Source: an uncultured Eubacteriales bacterium (lineage in GTDB: Bacteria > Bacillota > Clostridia > Oscillospirales > CAG-382). From it: 64,000 nucleotides of DNA. This document shows positions 16,655 to 26,904 of this stretch, piece by piece (position 1 is the first letter of the stretch; each line of letters begins with the position of its first letter). The notes beneath the pieces were generated by a model. The model was not told the origin of the DNA, did not search any database, and saw only the letters and a program-made list of their open reading frames with translations. The stretch spans positions 143,814-207,813 of the forward strand of contig CAKSUT010000001.1 in assembly GCA_934502885.1 (NCBI GenBank). Reading direction: 5' to 3'. The position numbers were made by a program, and so were the translations under genes.

Positions 16655-17959
16655 TCAGCCCACGGCTCCGGCACTGCCGTTCTCGGAGTCGGGAACATTT
16701 AAAACGGATATATCCGCACCCACACCGGCAAGCTTTCCGACGATATCCTCATAACCTCGCTGAATGTGGTAAATCTCTGAAATTTCCGTGCGGCCGGTCG
16801 CCGCAAGACCTGCTATTATCATCGCCGCGCCTGCACGAAGGTCGGTCGCCTTAACGGGTGCGCCCATGAGCTTCTCGACGCCCTCAAAGTTTGCGACCTT
16901 TCCCCCTCCCTGGACACGGATGTTTGCGCCCATGAGGCAAAGCTCGTCAACGTATCTGAAACGGCTGTCCCAAACGCCCTCCGAAAGAGTGCTGACTCCC
17001 TCCGAAAGCGCCATAAGCACGCCTATCTGCGGATTCATATCGGTGGGAAATCCGGGATAAGGGAGAGTCTTGACGTTTGCACGTCTTGTGCGCTTATTTG
17101 CACACACTCTCACGGAGTCGTCAAACTCTTCGATGTCCGCACCCATTTCGATAAGCTTTGCGGATATCGAATCGAGGTGCTTCGGAATGACGTTCTTGAC
17201 AAGAAGGTCGCCTTTCGTCGCCGCGGCGGCAATCATGTACGTTCCTGCCTCTATCATATCGGGGATTATCGCATAATTTACGCCGTGAAGCTTCGACACG
17301 CCCTTGATTTTTATCGTGTCCGTACCTGCACCCGAGACCTGTGCGCCCGAGGCGTTGAGAAAGTTTGCAAGGTCAACGACGTGCGGCTCGCGTGCTGCAT
17401 TTTCGATTATGGTCGTTCCCTTTGCCTTCACCGCCGCAAGCATTACGTTTATCGTGCCGCCGACGGTCACGCAGTCCATATAGACCTCGCTTCCGACAAG
17501 GCCGCCAGTCGTTTTTGCGTCAACGTATCCTCCGTCGCTTATGTTTACGACAGCACCGAGAGCCTCAAAGCCCTTAATGTGCTGGTCAATGGGGCGGACG
17601 CCGAGGTCGCATCCGCCGGGATATGCAGCCCTTGCCCTGCCGAAACGTCCAAGCTCTGCGCCGAGAATGTAATACGACGCACGCATCTTTCTGACAAGCT
17701 CATAAGGCGACGTGCCGGGAATTATCCTCGTCGTATCTATTTCGACGGTGGATTTATCCACGAGCTTCACCTTTGCGCCTATTTTCGAGAGTATTTCAAG
17801 TGCCGCGGTAACGTCGCTGATAAGCGGAAGATTCTCTATCACACACCTATCCTCGTTAAGTATCGTGGCGAATATTATTGCAACGGCAGCGTTTTTCATT
17901 CCGCTGACCTCAATTTCGCCGCAAAGGCGATTGCCGCCGTTAATTACTATTTTTTCCAT
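16655..17959 (-). CDS. murA: UDP-N-acetylglucosamine 1-carboxyvinyltransferase
   Basis: MEKIVINGGNRLCGEIEVSGMKNAAVAI.. The active-site loop is YPGGCDLGVRPID and the full length is ~434 aa. The start was moved from 18028 to the ATG encoding MEKIV. Confidence 0.92.
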   Translation of the reverse strand: MEKIVINGGNRLCGEIEVSGMKNAAVAIIFATILNEDRCVIENLPLISDVTAALEILSKIGAKVKLVDKSTVEIDTTRIIPGTSPYELVRKMRASYYILGAELGRFGRARAAYPGGCDLGVRPIDQHIKGFEALGAVVNISDGGYVDAKTTGGLVGSEVYMDCVTVGGTINVMLAAVKAKGTTIIENAAREPHVVDLANFLNASGAQVSGAGTDTIKIKGVSKLHGVNYAIIPDMIEAGTYMIAAAATKGDLLVKNVIPKHLDSISAKLIEMGADIEEFDDSVRVCANKRTRRANVKTLPYPGFPTDMNPQIGVLMALSEGVSTLSEGVWDSRFRYVDELCLMGANIRVQGGGKVANFEGVEKLMGAPVKATDLRAGAAMIIAGLAATGRTEISEIYHIQRGYEDIVGKLAGVGADISVLNVPDSENGSAGAVG

Positions 17960-18208
17960 ACGGTAAAACCAACCTTCCCATCGTTCAAAAAGCAAGATGC
18001 AGAAGCAGCTCTCAGATATTCTGCTCATGACTGCGGTGCTTTGCGCAAGCCGCAGGAGCCGTCGTTGCTTAAAAGTCCGTGCCGTCGCGATCCGCTCTGA
18101 GCAGAAACTGCATATGTTACAAATTATAATACCACAAAAGAACCGAAAATTCAGCCGAATTTTGTAAATCTTTATTGATTAGCTTAAATTTTTATTAAAC
18201 TGCCTCAT

Positions 18209-19153
18209 TTATACGCGGCTTTTCAGCTCTCCGGTCACGCTGTCATATATATGATTCACGATATTTCCCTTTTTATCCTTATAAATCACGGAATATGACG
18301 GAACAAAGTAGAAATTGTCGCCCTCTATAGCGATGACCGAAAAAGCGTTTCTTTCGCCGATAATTTCAGACACGTTGTCGAGATTTATTTTGTATATAAG
18401 GTTTACTCCGTCAAGAAGAGTTGCGGAATATGCTTTATCCGCCTCGCCTATGAAGAAGTGACCGTACACAAGAGCAAGCTCTCCTGTCGGCGAAAAGTAA
18501 AAGCGTGAAACATACTCAGGAAGTATAACTCCGTCCGCGGTCTGCACGCAAAAGACTATCTCACCGCCGCCGTATTCACGCACCTCAAACGCACGGAAAC
18601 CGAAGTCGGCGCCGCCGCGCTTTGAATTTTTGCAAAGAGCCGAATAAAAGCGTTTTACGTCATTCATGTGAGCCGAATCGACCGACACGGGCATCTCGAA
18701 GTCCGAAACGCTCATAAGAACTTCGCATATGTTCACGCGTTCCTTTTCGGAAAGGACTCCCGAAAACGCCGTAAGAAGCGAGTTTGATGTAAGCTGAGCG
18801 GACGCTTCAAGCGCACCGGCGCGCTTGACCGTTCCGACGCCGTCGGGTATGGAAACCTCCGAATACGTTCCTTTTTCGGCAAGAATCACATCGAGAGCTT
18901 TTTCGAGGCACTCGGAGCAATTCTCCGTCTTTTCCTTTACTGCGGTGTAAATTGCAAGGCTCTGCTTTTTCCTCATTATCGCGCCGTTTTCGACCTTTAC
19001 GCCCTTCGACATAAGATTCTCCACCGCGCCGTCGATCATCTCGTCCGGGAGCATGGTCTTATCATATCTCAATCGGGCATACATGAAAACGGCAATCAGA
19101 TTTGCCGTGATAAGCAGTACAATAAGCAGAGCTTTAGTTTTTCCCCAATCCAT
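18209..19153 (-). CDS. YycI-like membrane-anchored extracytoplasmic protein
   Basis: The N-terminus MDWGKTKALLIVLLITANLIAVFMY closely resembles the YycI N-terminal signature (MDW.KTK + transmembrane helix) as I recall it. One transmembrane segment plus a ~280-aa external domain. Confidence 0.45.
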   Translation of the reverse strand: MDWGKTKALLIVLLITANLIAVFMYARLRYDKTMLPDEMIDGAVENLMSKGVKVENGAIMRKKQSLAIYTAVKEKTENCSECLEKALDVILAEKGTYSEVSIPDGVGTVKRAGALEASAQLTSNSLLTAFSGVLSEKERVNICEVLMSVSDFEMPVSVDSAHMNDVKRFYSALCKNSKRGGADFGFRAFEVREYGGGEIVFCVQTADGVILPEYVSRFYFSPTGELALVYGHFFIGEADKAYSATLLDGVNLIYKINLDNVSEIIGERNAFSVIAIEGDNFYFVPSYSVIYKDKKGNIVNHIYDSVTGELKSRV

Positions 19154-19176
19154 TTTAAAACCCTTTCGTTTTCATG

Positions 19177-20613
19177 TCAGTCCGCGTATTCAGCCGTCCA
19201 TTCCGGCAGGTACTCCGTTCCGTCGCGGCTGACATACTCCGCATAAAGTCCCGTGAGCGGTCTTGTCTCGCTCTGTGCCGCGGCAAAAGCCGCCGTTTGA
19301 GGAATATCGGAATATGTGCCGTTTGCGCTTGCAAACACCGCTCCCGAAACTCCCGCACTCACAAGAGCCGTATTGCTGAAACTGAAGAATGCGTCGAAGT
19401 TGCCGTAGGCGGCACTGCCGTTTCCGTTTACGGTGCGTATTTTCACTCCGCCGATATAATAACCGAAGCCGAAGCTTGTAAGCTCCGTTGTGCTGTCGTA
19501 GCCGACATATTCAAGTACAAGCTCCGCCTCGCCGCCGAGAACCGTCGTTCCGAGCGTCTCGAGTACCGAACATACCGCACCGACCGTGTCGGAGAAACCG
19601 TAAGTATTCTTTTCTATGTCCTCGGGGAGATATCCGAGAATTTTCGACATCGCGATACCGCCGTTTTTGTCGGACTCAAAGGTAATTTTTCCGTCGGGCG
19701 ATATTTTGAGTTCTCCGGAATTTTCGACGTAACCCACCGTACCGTTGTGAGAGGTATAGCGGTTCGTGTTGTTTGAATTCATGCCGAAGCTGCTTACAAT
19801 ATCAGCTACGTTTTCGGAGTCCGCGCTTATTTTGAATTTGTCCGAGAATTTTTCACGGTAAACGGGACTTACGTTTTTCACTCCGGAAAAAACGGGAATA
19901 AACCCGGTTATTCCGTTTTCTCTCGCCGTTTTCGACACCTCCGCGGACACTTTTTCAAGTCCCGCCTCCGTCGGAGCGTCGAGAGGCTCGTAATTAAACT
20001 TAAGTGCCGTTTTGGGTTTTGCGGCGATCACCTCGCCGTCCTCGCTTATAATGTAAAGATACACCTCTTCGTTTGCATCGGCTGTCATTATCATGGACTT
20101 TGCAAAAAAGCTCTCTTTGTAGATTATACTGTCATTATATGTATTCTCAAAAAACACGGCAATCGCCGTCAAAGGAAGCGGATTTGCAAATTCACAATAA
20201 TACTTGTCCGTCGAAAAATACAAGCCGTCGATATAGTCAAAGGCTTCGTTTTTGTCGGAAAAGCTCTTTTTTTCAATGTCGCAGTCGGAAATGAGAGTGA
20301 GTACTCTTTCAAACTCCGTCCAAACGGTCTTGCCGCCGTCGGAGCCGCCGAAACCTCCGTAGCTTGTGCCTTTTTCATCCGTCAGGAAAACGAAAGACGG
20401 AGAAACAAAGCCGCTGTTGCCGCTCTTCATTATGAGAGAAGCGTCTTTTGAAAGAAGGTGCATATGACCGTCGGGAAAAGCCGGGAGACTTGCCGCGTCA
20501 CTGCTGTTTTCCGTATACACGTACATTCCGCAGAGCGAAATAAGCGACGCGACAAGCACCGCTATCACTGCCGACTGAACATATTTTACAGCGTTTCTTC
20601 CGTTCATTTTCAT
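19177..20613 (-). CDS. YycH-like membrane-anchored extracytoplasmic protein (assignment by position and topology only)
   Basis: 478 aa with a single N-terminal transmembrane segment (VQSAVIAVLVASLISLCGMYVY) and a large external domain. It lies immediately upstream of the YycI-like gene, with a 23-nt gap. Confidence 0.3.
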   Translation of the reverse strand: MKMNGRNAVKYVQSAVIAVLVASLISLCGMYVYTENSSDAASLPAFPDGHMHLLSKDASLIMKSGNSGFVSPSFVFLTDEKGTSYGGFGGSDGGKTVWTEFERVLTLISDCDIEKKSFSDKNEAFDYIDGLYFSTDKYYCEFANPLPLTAIAVFFENTYNDSIIYKESFFAKSMIMTADANEEVYLYIISEDGEVIAAKPKTALKFNYEPLDAPTEAGLEKVSAEVSKTARENGITGFIPVFSGVKNVSPVYREKFSDKFKISADSENVADIVSSFGMNSNNTNRYTSHNGTVGYVENSGELKISPDGKITFESDKNGGIAMSKILGYLPEDIEKNTYGFSDTVGAVCSVLETLGTTVLGGEAELVLEYVGYDSTTELTSFGFGYYIGGVKIRTVNGNGSAAYGNFDAFFSFSNTALVSAGVSGAVFASANGTYSDIPQTAAFAAAQSETRPLTGLYAEYVSRDGTEYLPEWTAEYAD

Positions 20614-20635
20614 AGCTTTGTTTCTCCGTTTAACT

Positions 20636-21019
20636 TTAGTTTTCGTCCTTTGTCTCCTCGTCGCCGTGAATATCGAGTGACTTTAAAATCTTCGATATCT
20701 GCGCTCCGTGCTCAATGGAATTGTCGTGTATGAAAAGCAATTCCGGAGTTGCGCGGAGGTTGAGCCTTGCGGCGAGTTCGGAGCGGATATACCCGGACGC
20801 GCTTTTAAGACCGAGTTTTACCTCTTTTTCATCGCCGCCGAGGGTGCTGTAGTGAATTTTGGACTGTTTGAGATCGTTTCCCGTTTCAACGCGCAGAATG
20901 CTGATGAAAGCCCCCGACACCCTGGGATCCTTTACGGTTCTCAGGATATCGGTAAGCTCTCTTGCTATTTCTTCGTTCACTCTGCCGTTTCTGAAATTGT
21001 TTGATTTTCTTACCGGCAT
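20636..21019 (-). CDS. rbfA: ribosome-binding factor A
   Basis: ..RVNEEIARELTDILRTVKDPRVSGAFISILRVETGNDLKQSKIHYS.. It sits directly downstream of infB. Confidence 0.9.
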   Translation of the reverse strand: MPVRKSNNFRNGRVNEEIARELTDILRTVKDPRVSGAFISILRVETGNDLKQSKIHYSTLGGDEKEVKLGLKSASGYIRSELAARLNLRATPELLFIHDNSIEHGAQISKILKSLDIHGDEETKDEN

Positions 21020-21033
21020 ATTTCCTCCCGAAA

Positions 21034-24000
21034 TCAGTTATTTACCTTGATTTCTCTCTTAACCTCTTCCATAATAAACGCCTCAAGAACGTCGCCTTCC
21101 TTGATGTCGTTGAATCTTTCGAGACCTATACCGCACTCGTAACCGCTCGATACGTCCTTAACGTCGTCCTTGAAACGCTTGAGAGAGGATATTTTGTCCT
21201 CAAATATTACTATGCCGTCGCGGACAACGCGGATCTGTGCGTTTCTCTGAATCTTGCCGTCGCGGACATACGAGCCTGCGATAGTTCCGACGCCGGGAAC
21301 GTGGATTGTCTGGCGAACCTCCGCATGACCGAGAACGACCTCCTTGTAGTCGGGGTCAAGCATACCGTTAAGAGCCGCAGTGACCTCTTCGATGCACTCG
21401 TAGATGACTCTGTAGGTACGGATATCGACCTTACGCATCTCGGCGGAGTCCATTGCACCCTTGTCTGGGCGGACGTTGAAGCCGATGATAATGGCGTTGG
21501 AGGCGTCTGCGAGCATAACGTCGCTTTCGTTGATACCGCCGACTGCGGAGTGAATAACCTTTACCTTTACCTCGTCGGTCGAGAGCTTTTCGAGAGACGA
21601 TTTTACCGCCTCGGCAGAGCCCTGAACGTCCGCCTTGATAATTACGGCAAGTTCCTTTACGCCGTCGTTTATCTGGCTGAAGAGGTCGTCGAGCGATACC
21701 TTGGAGTTCGCCTTGAATACCTCCTCCTTTGCCTCGTTCTTTCTCTTTTCGACAAGCTCTCTTGCCATTCTTTCGTCGGCAACGGCTCTGAATTCGTCGC
21801 CTGCGTCCGGCACGTCGGAAAGACCGATTATCTCTACCGGAACGGAAGGACCGGCAGACTTAACGGGGAGTCTGTTGTCGTCGCACATTGCTCTTACACG
21901 CCCCGTCGCCATACCTGCGATAACGATGTCGCCTGCGTGGAGCGTACCGTTCTGTACAAGTACTGTTGCAACAGGACCTCTGCCCTTGTCAAGCTTTGCC
22001 TCGATAACAATACCCTTTGCCGGGCGGTGCGGATTTGCTTTAAGCTCCTTCATATCGGCAACGAGAGTTACCATTTCGAGAAGCTCGTCTATACCTGTTC
22101 TCTTTATAGCGGATACAGGCACACAAATAGTATCTCCGCCCCATTCCTCGGGTATAAGCTCATAATTCATAAGAGCCTGCTTCACGGCGTCGGGATTTGC
22201 TCCCACCTTATCCATCTTATTGATAGCGACGATTATGGAAACGCCCGCCGCCTTTGCGTGGTTTATAGCCTCGACTGTCTGCGGCATGATACCGTCGTCC
22301 GCCGCTACAACGAGGATTGCGATATCGGTCGCCTGCGCACCTCTTGCGCGCATTGCTGTAAACGCCTCATGACCGGGGGTGTCGAGGAAGGTAATTTCCT
22401 TTTCGCCGACCTTTACTCTGTAAGCACCGATGTGCTGTGTAATGCCGCCCGCTTCTCCTGCCGTTACGTGCGTATGGCGGATTGCGTCGAGAAGTGAGGT
22501 CTTGCCGTGGTCAACGTGACCCATAACGACAACGACGGGGCTTCTCTCCTCAAGATCCTCCGGCTTATCCTCTTCCTCGGCAAAGAGCTTTTCTTCGATT
22601 GTGACAACAACCTCTTTCTCTGCCGTTATGCCCATTTCGTCCGCAACAAGGTATGCGGTATCGAAATCGACTGTCTTGTTTGCACCGACGGCGTCCATTC
22701 CGAGACCCATCATGAGAAGCTTCTTTATAACTTCGCCGGTTGTTATCTTAAGCGCCGCCGCAAGGTCGGAAATCATAATCTGCTCAGGGAGAATAACGGG
22801 GCCTGTGAACTTCTTGATATTCTCGTTCTCGACGGACTTGCCCTTTGCGCCTTTCTTGCCCTTGCCCCTGAAGCTGTTCTTCTGGAACTTTCCTGCGGAG
22901 GGAGCAATTTCACGCGCCGCGGACTCGTTTCTGTTGATTCTGCCGTTTGCGCCTCTTGTGCCCGCGCTCTTCTTGATCTTTACCTCGGTATCGTCGTCGG
23001 AAACCGCCGCCTCGCCGGCAAGACGATCGAACTTGTCGTCGTACTTGGAAAGGTCAATCTCACGCGCTCTTATATCGACGAGTCTCGTTCCGTCCTCCGT
23101 CACGGTTGCGAGAGTGCTGTTCTCCGCGGAAACGGTATTCTCGCTCTTGTAGCGGCTTCTTGCACGTCCGTCCTTGTCGTATATCGGGCGAATGCTCGGC
23201 TGACGAACCGACTGCGAATCGTAATCATCATCCTTTCCGCCGCCCTGACGGAAGCCGTTCTTGTTCTGCGGCTTGCCGGAGCTGCTCTTCTGACCGAATG
23301 CCGGCTTATCGAAGCCGCCGTATCTCGCACCGGAGTTCTGCGGTCTGTCAAAGCCTCCCTGCGGTCCGTTTGCACCGCTCTGTGCGCCGAAAGGCTTTCT
23401 GTCGCCGTAGCCGCCCTGCTGAGAGTTGCCGTCGTTGGACTTCCTGTCGCCAAAGCTTCTCTGTCCGTCATACGGCTTCTTATCGCCGAAGCTTCTCTGT
23501 CCGTCGTAAGGCTTTCTGTCGCCGAAACTTCTCTGTCCGTCGTACGGCTTCCTGTCGCCAAAGCTTCTCTGTCCGTCATACGGCTTCTTATCGCCGAAGT
23601 TTCTCTGTCCGTCGTAGGGTTTTCTGTCGCCGAAGCTCCTCTGTTCACCGTAAGGCTTTCTGTCGCCGGTGCTATTATCGGAGGGTTTGCCGGCATATCC
23701 GCCGTTACGGTTGCGGTCAAACGAATTCTGAGCCGGTCTGTCGGTTCTGTTCTCGGTCCTTGCCTTAGGCTCTGTCTGCTGTGCGTTTGCGCTCTCGGCA
23801 GGCTTTGTCTCGCTCTTGGGTTCGGGCTTTGCTTCGACTTTAACCTCGCTCTTCGGCTCTGCCTTTACCTCGGGCTTTGCCGCTTTTTCGGGGGCAGCCT
23901 CTGCGGTCTTAGCGGCGGACTTTGCCGCCTTCGGTTCTTTCGTTTCCGCAGTCTCGGCCGCTTTCTTCTCGGCAGGTTCGGGTTTTGTGCGGTTCCAGAA

Positions 24001-24201
24001 CGCCGCAAGCTCTTCGTTCGACGCTTCGTTCTTTTTGGTTATGCTGTCAAGAAACACGTTCATTTCGTGTTTTTCGAGGGTGGCGGTGTGCGTCTTGCCG
24101 GTGACGCCGTTCTCCTCAAGTATATCTATTACCTCTTTATTTTTGAGCTTGAAGTTCTTGGCAAGCTCGCTGATCTTTGTTCCGGTATTCTTTTGTGCCA
24201 T
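21034..24201 (-). CDS. infB: translation initiation factor IF-2 with an expanded repetitive N-terminal region
   Basis: G-domain motifs [14 protein letters not shown] and NKMD are present, with conserved C-terminal domains. The N-terminal ~450 aa are low-complexity (K/E/A/P-rich, then [12 protein letters not shown] repeats). Confidence 0.95.
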   Translation of the reverse strand: MAQKNTGTKISELAKNFKLKNKEVIDILEENGVTGKTHTATLEKHEMNVFLDSITKKNEASNEELAAFWNRTKPEPAEKKAAETAETKEPKAAKSAAKTAEAAPEKAAKPEVKAEPKSEVKVEAKPEPKSETKPAESANAQQTEPKARTENRTDRPAQNSFDRNRNGGYAGKPSDNSTGDRKPYGEQRSFGDRKPYDGQRNFGDKKPYDGQRSFGDRKPYDGQRSFGDRKPYDGQRSFGDKKPYDGQRSFGDRKSNDGNSQQGGYGDRKPFGAQSGANGPQGGFDRPQNSGARYGGFDKPAFGQKSSSGKPQNKNGFRQGGGKDDDYDSQSVRQPSIRPIYDKDGRARSRYKSENTVSAENSTLATVTEDGTRLVDIRAREIDLSKYDDKFDRLAGEAAVSDDDTEVKIKKSAGTRGANGRINRNESAAREIAPSAGKFQKNSFRGKGKKGAKGKSVENENIKKFTGPVILPEQIMISDLAAALKITTGEVIKKLLMMGLGMDAVGANKTVDFDTAYLVADEMGITAEKEVVVTIEEKLFAEEEDKPEDLEERSPVVVVMGHVDHGKTSLLDAIRHTHVTAGEAGGITQHIGAYRVKVGEKEITFLDTPGHEAFTAMRARGAQATDIAILVVAADDGIMPQTVEAINHAKAAGVSIIVAINKMDKVGANPDAVKQALMNYELIPEEWGGDTICVPVSAIKRTGIDELLEMVTLVADMKELKANPHRPAKGIVIEAKLDKGRGPVATVLVQNGTLHAGDIVIAGMATGRVRAMCDDNRLPVKSAGPSVPVEIIGLSDVPDAGDEFRAVADERMARELVEKRKNEAKEEVFKANSKVSLDDLFSQINDGVKELAVIIKADVQGSAEAVKSSLEKLSTDEVKVKVIHSAVGGINESDVMLADASNAIIIGFNVRPDKGAMDSAEMRKVDIRTYRVIYECIEEVTAALNGMLDPDYKEVVLGHAEVRQTIHVPGVGTIAGSYVRDGKIQRNAQIRVVRDGIVIFEDKISSLKRFKDDVKDVSSGYECGIGLERFNDIKEGDVLEAFIMEEVKREIKVNN
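23441..23667 (-). repeat. 36-nt tandem coding repeat (about 6 units) inside infB
   Basis: The units encode FGD[RK]KPYDGQRS. An exact ~50-nt block (cttcctgtcgccaaagcttctctgtccgtcatacggcttcttatcgccgaag) recurs 108 nt apart. Confidence 0.9.
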
Positions 24202-24262
24202 ATATTAGACCATTCCTTTCGTAGACGTTGACGGCTGTTTCGGATTTAATCCGTCCCATCTG

Positions 24263-24643
24263 TCACAGCATGGGCTTTTGCGTTTCCGAACCCAAAAGTT
24301 TATATATAATGTCGGCAAAGCCCCGTTCGGTTATAACCGCACACGAAACATATGACTTTTTGCCGAGTCTGTCCGACATTTCGGACATTGTTACGGGCAT
24401 TGCTATATAGGGGATGTCGCTTTTATCAAAGGCGTAGGAAAGCTCGCGTTTTGCGTTGTCCGAAATATCATTCGGGAAGAACGCCATAACCGCCTTGCCT
24501 TTCTTCATCTGCTCGATGCAAAGCTCTCTGCCGCAGACAAATTTTCCGGCTTTTGCGGCAAATCCCATTGCACCGAATATCTTATCGATGCAGACTCTGA
24601 GTTTTTCCGAATCAAGCGGCAGTGATATTTCTCTGTCAGCCAT
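24263..24643 (-). CDS. ylxQ: L7Ae/YlxQ-family RNA-binding protein
   Basis: ..GFAAKAGKFVCGRELCIEQMKKGKAVMAFFPNDISDNAKREL.. It lies between ylxR and infB, as in the Firmicutes nusA operon. Confidence 0.8.
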   Translation of the reverse strand: MADREISLPLDSEKLRVCIDKIFGAMGFAAKAGKFVCGRELCIEQMKKGKAVMAFFPNDISDNAKRELSYAFDKSDIPYIAMPVTMSEMSDRLGKKSYVSCAVITERGFADIIYKLLGSETQKPML

Positions 24644-24941
24644 CTTCCTTCTCCGCCTGCCTTTCGCTCATCACCTTTTCCGCTTCGAGGTAAACCTCAT
24701 CCGGAATATGTACTTCGAGAACCGTTTCAAGTCTCTTCGACTTTTTCACTTTCTCAAAGCACTTCGGTTCAGAGCAGATGTAAACTCCTCTGCCGGGAAG
24801 TTTTCCGACGCTGTCAACCGAAACTGCTCCCTCGGGTGAGCGGACTATTCTCAAAAGCTCATTCTTCGGAAGCTTTCGGTTACATCCCATGCATTTTCTT
24901 TCGGGTATTTTCTTTGCCATTCTTTTGATCCCCCCATGCAC
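24636..24941 (-). CDS. rnpM: YlxR/RnpM (DUF448) family protein
   Basis: ..RKCMGCNRKLPKNELLRIVRSPEGAVSVDSVGKLPGRGVYIC.. It sits directly downstream of nusA. Confidence 0.85.
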   Translation of the reverse strand: MHGGIKRMAKKIPERKCMGCNRKLPKNELLRIVRSPEGAVSVDSVGKLPGRGVYICSEPKCFEKVKKSKRLETVLEVHIPDEVYLEAEKVMSERQAEKEDG

Positions 24942-24958
24942 TGTTACTGATGCGTTTT

Positions 24959-26347
24959 TCAGTCGTCAATATCGATTTCAGCTTCTCTTGCCTTCTTAAG
25001 AGCCTCGGCGAGCTTACCGCCCATGAGCGTATTCGCCTCAGCTCTGCCCTCAATTATATCGTTGAGTGCTTCGGCGCGTGCTTCTTCCGCACTCTTTATG
25101 TCAATCTTGCATCCGGTAAGACGTGCCGCAAGGCTTACGTTCTGACCCTTCTTGCCGATTGCGAGGGAAAGTTGATCGTCGTCAACAAGCACTCTGTAGG
25201 ACTTCGGAGCAACCTCCGTTACAGAAACGACTGTTGCCGGAGAAAGCGCGGCTTTGATGAATTCTTCGGGAATGTCGCTGTACTTTACGATATCTATCTT
25301 CTCTCCGCCGATTTCCTTTGCGATATTATTCTTTCTTATTCCCTTAGGTCCGATACACGAACCTATAGCGTCAACGTTTTCGTCTCTCGAATATACGGCG
25401 ATTTTCGTTCTCGAACCTGCTTCTCTCGAAACGGACTTTATTATAACCGTGCCGTCCTGAATCTCGGGCACTTCAAGTTCAAAGAGTCTCTTTACAAGAC
25501 CGGGATGCGTTCTCGAAAGAACGACCGCAGGACCTCTCGCCTCTTTGTCCTTCTTTACCTCAAGGACGTACACACGGATAATCTCGCCCTCCGTGAAGGT
25601 CTCTCCGGGAATCTGCTCCTTCTTCTGGAGGCAGACGACGTTCTTTCCGATTTCGAGTATCGCGTCGCCGTTTATGGGGTTGATTCTCGAAACGGTTGCG
25701 GTTACGAGTTCGTCCTTCTTGTTCTCGTACTCCTTGATTATGAGTCCCTTCTCGGCTTCTCTTATACCCTGGATTATAACCTGCTTTGCGGCAACTGCTG
25801 CCATTCTGCCGAAGTCGTCCTTAGGCTTTATTTCAACCTCGACACTGTCGCCGAGCTTGTATCTCTTGTTCTTCTTGTGAGCCTCTTCAAGGGTTATGTG
25901 GAGTGCCGGGTTGAACTTGGATCTCGGGAGCTTCTTCGCTTCGATCTCGGCTATATTGTCCGTGTCGTAAAGAATACCCATTGAGTCCGTATCGTCTATT
26001 TCTATAACGGGTTTCTTTTCCTCAGGTTCTTCCGCTGCGGCTTCCTCTGCTTCTCCGTCGGCATTTTCGCCCTCGGTCTCGACCGCCTCTGTATTCTCCG
26101 CTTCGGTCTTTTCGGGTTCAGCGTCCTCTTTCATACTTTCGGCGTTGGGGTCAACGACCGTGAGTATTCTGAACACCTTTATCTCGTTTTTATCGGGGTC
26201 GAGAACAACTCTCACGTTGTTGCAGTTATAATGCTTTTTGACGCCTGCCTGGAGAGCCGCTTCGACTCTTTCAAGCATATAGTCTGCCGGTATGCCCTTT
26301 TCTTTTTCGAGAGCTCTTATGGCTCTGAAAAGCTCTGTGTTCTGCAT
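24959..26347 (-). CDS. nusA: transcription termination/antitermination factor NusA, with an acidic insertion
   Basis: MQNTELFRAIRALEKEKGI.., with S1 and KH regions (..IGPKGIRKNNIAKEIGGEKIDIV..). An E/A/T-rich insertion of ~50 aa is encoded at ~25990-26150. Confidence 0.93.
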   Translation of the reverse strand: MQNTELFRAIRALEKEKGIPADYMLERVEAALQAGVKKHYNCNNVRVVLDPDKNEIKVFRILTVVDPNAESMKEDAEPEKTEAENTEAVETEGENADGEAEEAAAEEPEEKKPVIEIDDTDSMGILYDTDNIAEIEAKKLPRSKFNPALHITLEEAHKKNKRYKLGDSVEVEIKPKDDFGRMAAVAAKQVIIQGIREAEKGLIIKEYENKKDELVTATVSRINPINGDAILEIGKNVVCLQKKEQIPGETFTEGEIIRVYVLEVKKDKEARGPAVVLSRTHPGLVKRLFELEVPEIQDGTVIIKSVSREAGSRTKIAVYSRDENVDAIGSCIGPKGIRKNNIAKEIGGEKIDIVKYSDIPEEFIKAALSPATVVSVTEVAPKSYRVLVDDDQLSLAIGKKGQNVSLAARLTGCKIDIKSAEEARAEALNDIIEGRAEANTLMGGKLAEALKKAREAEIDIDD

Positions 26348-26378
26348 TTTATCATTTCCTCCGTAAAAATATTACACA

Positions 26379-26879
26379 TTAAAAATCGGCGACTGTTGAA
26401 ATCTTGGCGATGAGTTTTTTCTCGAGCGTATACTCATTTTCGCCCTCTTTCAATATTATGCCGTTTCCGTCCTCGGAGATACCGCAAAGAGTCGCCGTGA
26501 ACTGCTTTCTTCCGTCGCGCGGAGCATAAAGCTTTACGGCAACCTCGCTTCCGGTAAAGGCTTTCAGGTGAGCTTCGGTTTTAAGCTCGCGCTCAAGTCC
26601 CGGAGACGAAATCTCAAGGTAGTAGCTGTCGGGAATCGGATCCGCCTCTTCGATTATCGGATCTACCGCGTCGTTTACCATTTCGCAGTCGTCAAGGCTT
26701 ATGCCGTCGGGCTTATCGATATAGATAACAAGGCTTTTTTCTCCGCCCTCCTTCACAATATCGACGTCCCAGAGCGTACAGCCGCATCCTTCAACCGCAT
26801 CTCTCACCAAGTCGGCGATACGCGCCGTCAGACTGCCGCCGGAGCGTTTACTTTCTTTTTCGTTGTCGGTCTTACTCAT
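26379..26879 (-). CDS. rimP: ribosome maturation factor RimP
   Basis: ..IADLVRDAVEGCGCTLWDVDIVKEGGEKSLVIYIDKPDGISLDDCEMV..YLEISSPGLEREL.. The start was moved to ATG 26879 (GGAAAGGA upstream). Confidence 0.88.
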   Translation of the reverse strand: MSKTDNEKESKRSGGSLTARIADLVRDAVEGCGCTLWDVDIVKEGGEKSLVIYIDKPDGISLDDCEMVNDAVDPIIEEADPIPDSYYLEISSPGLERELKTEAHLKAFTGSEVAVKLYAPRDGRKQFTATLCGISEDGNGIILKEGENEYTLEKKLIAKISTVADF

Positions 26880-26904
26880 CTGCGTCCTTTCCGGAGAATA
26901 CTCT

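Noticed and set aside
17960-18028. A 23-codon N-terminal extension of murA suggested by the track (start at 18028).
   Set aside because: MurA homologues begin at MEKIVI.GG. The extension (MSRISESCFCILLFERWEGWFYR) overlaps the structured leader and has no RBS.
23441-23667. I considered the tandem repeats (here and at 41225-41296 and 62291-62330) as possible CRISPR arrays.
   Set aside because: The units are contiguous with no unique spacers, are 9-36 nt long, and two of the three lie in-frame inside coding genes. No cas genes are present in the window.
21001-24231. Two very long plus-strand ORFs (498 aa and 574 aa) and several shorter ones opposite infB.
   Set aside because: Their start positions (21001 and 22507) share the same value mod 3 as the infB codon boundaries. 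They therefore lie in the codon-aligned antisense frame, where stop codons would require sense TTA, CTA or TCA codons, which this genome avoids. The products are low-complexity (R/L/C/V-rich) with no motifs or RBS. infB on the minus strand has unmistakable G-domain motifs.
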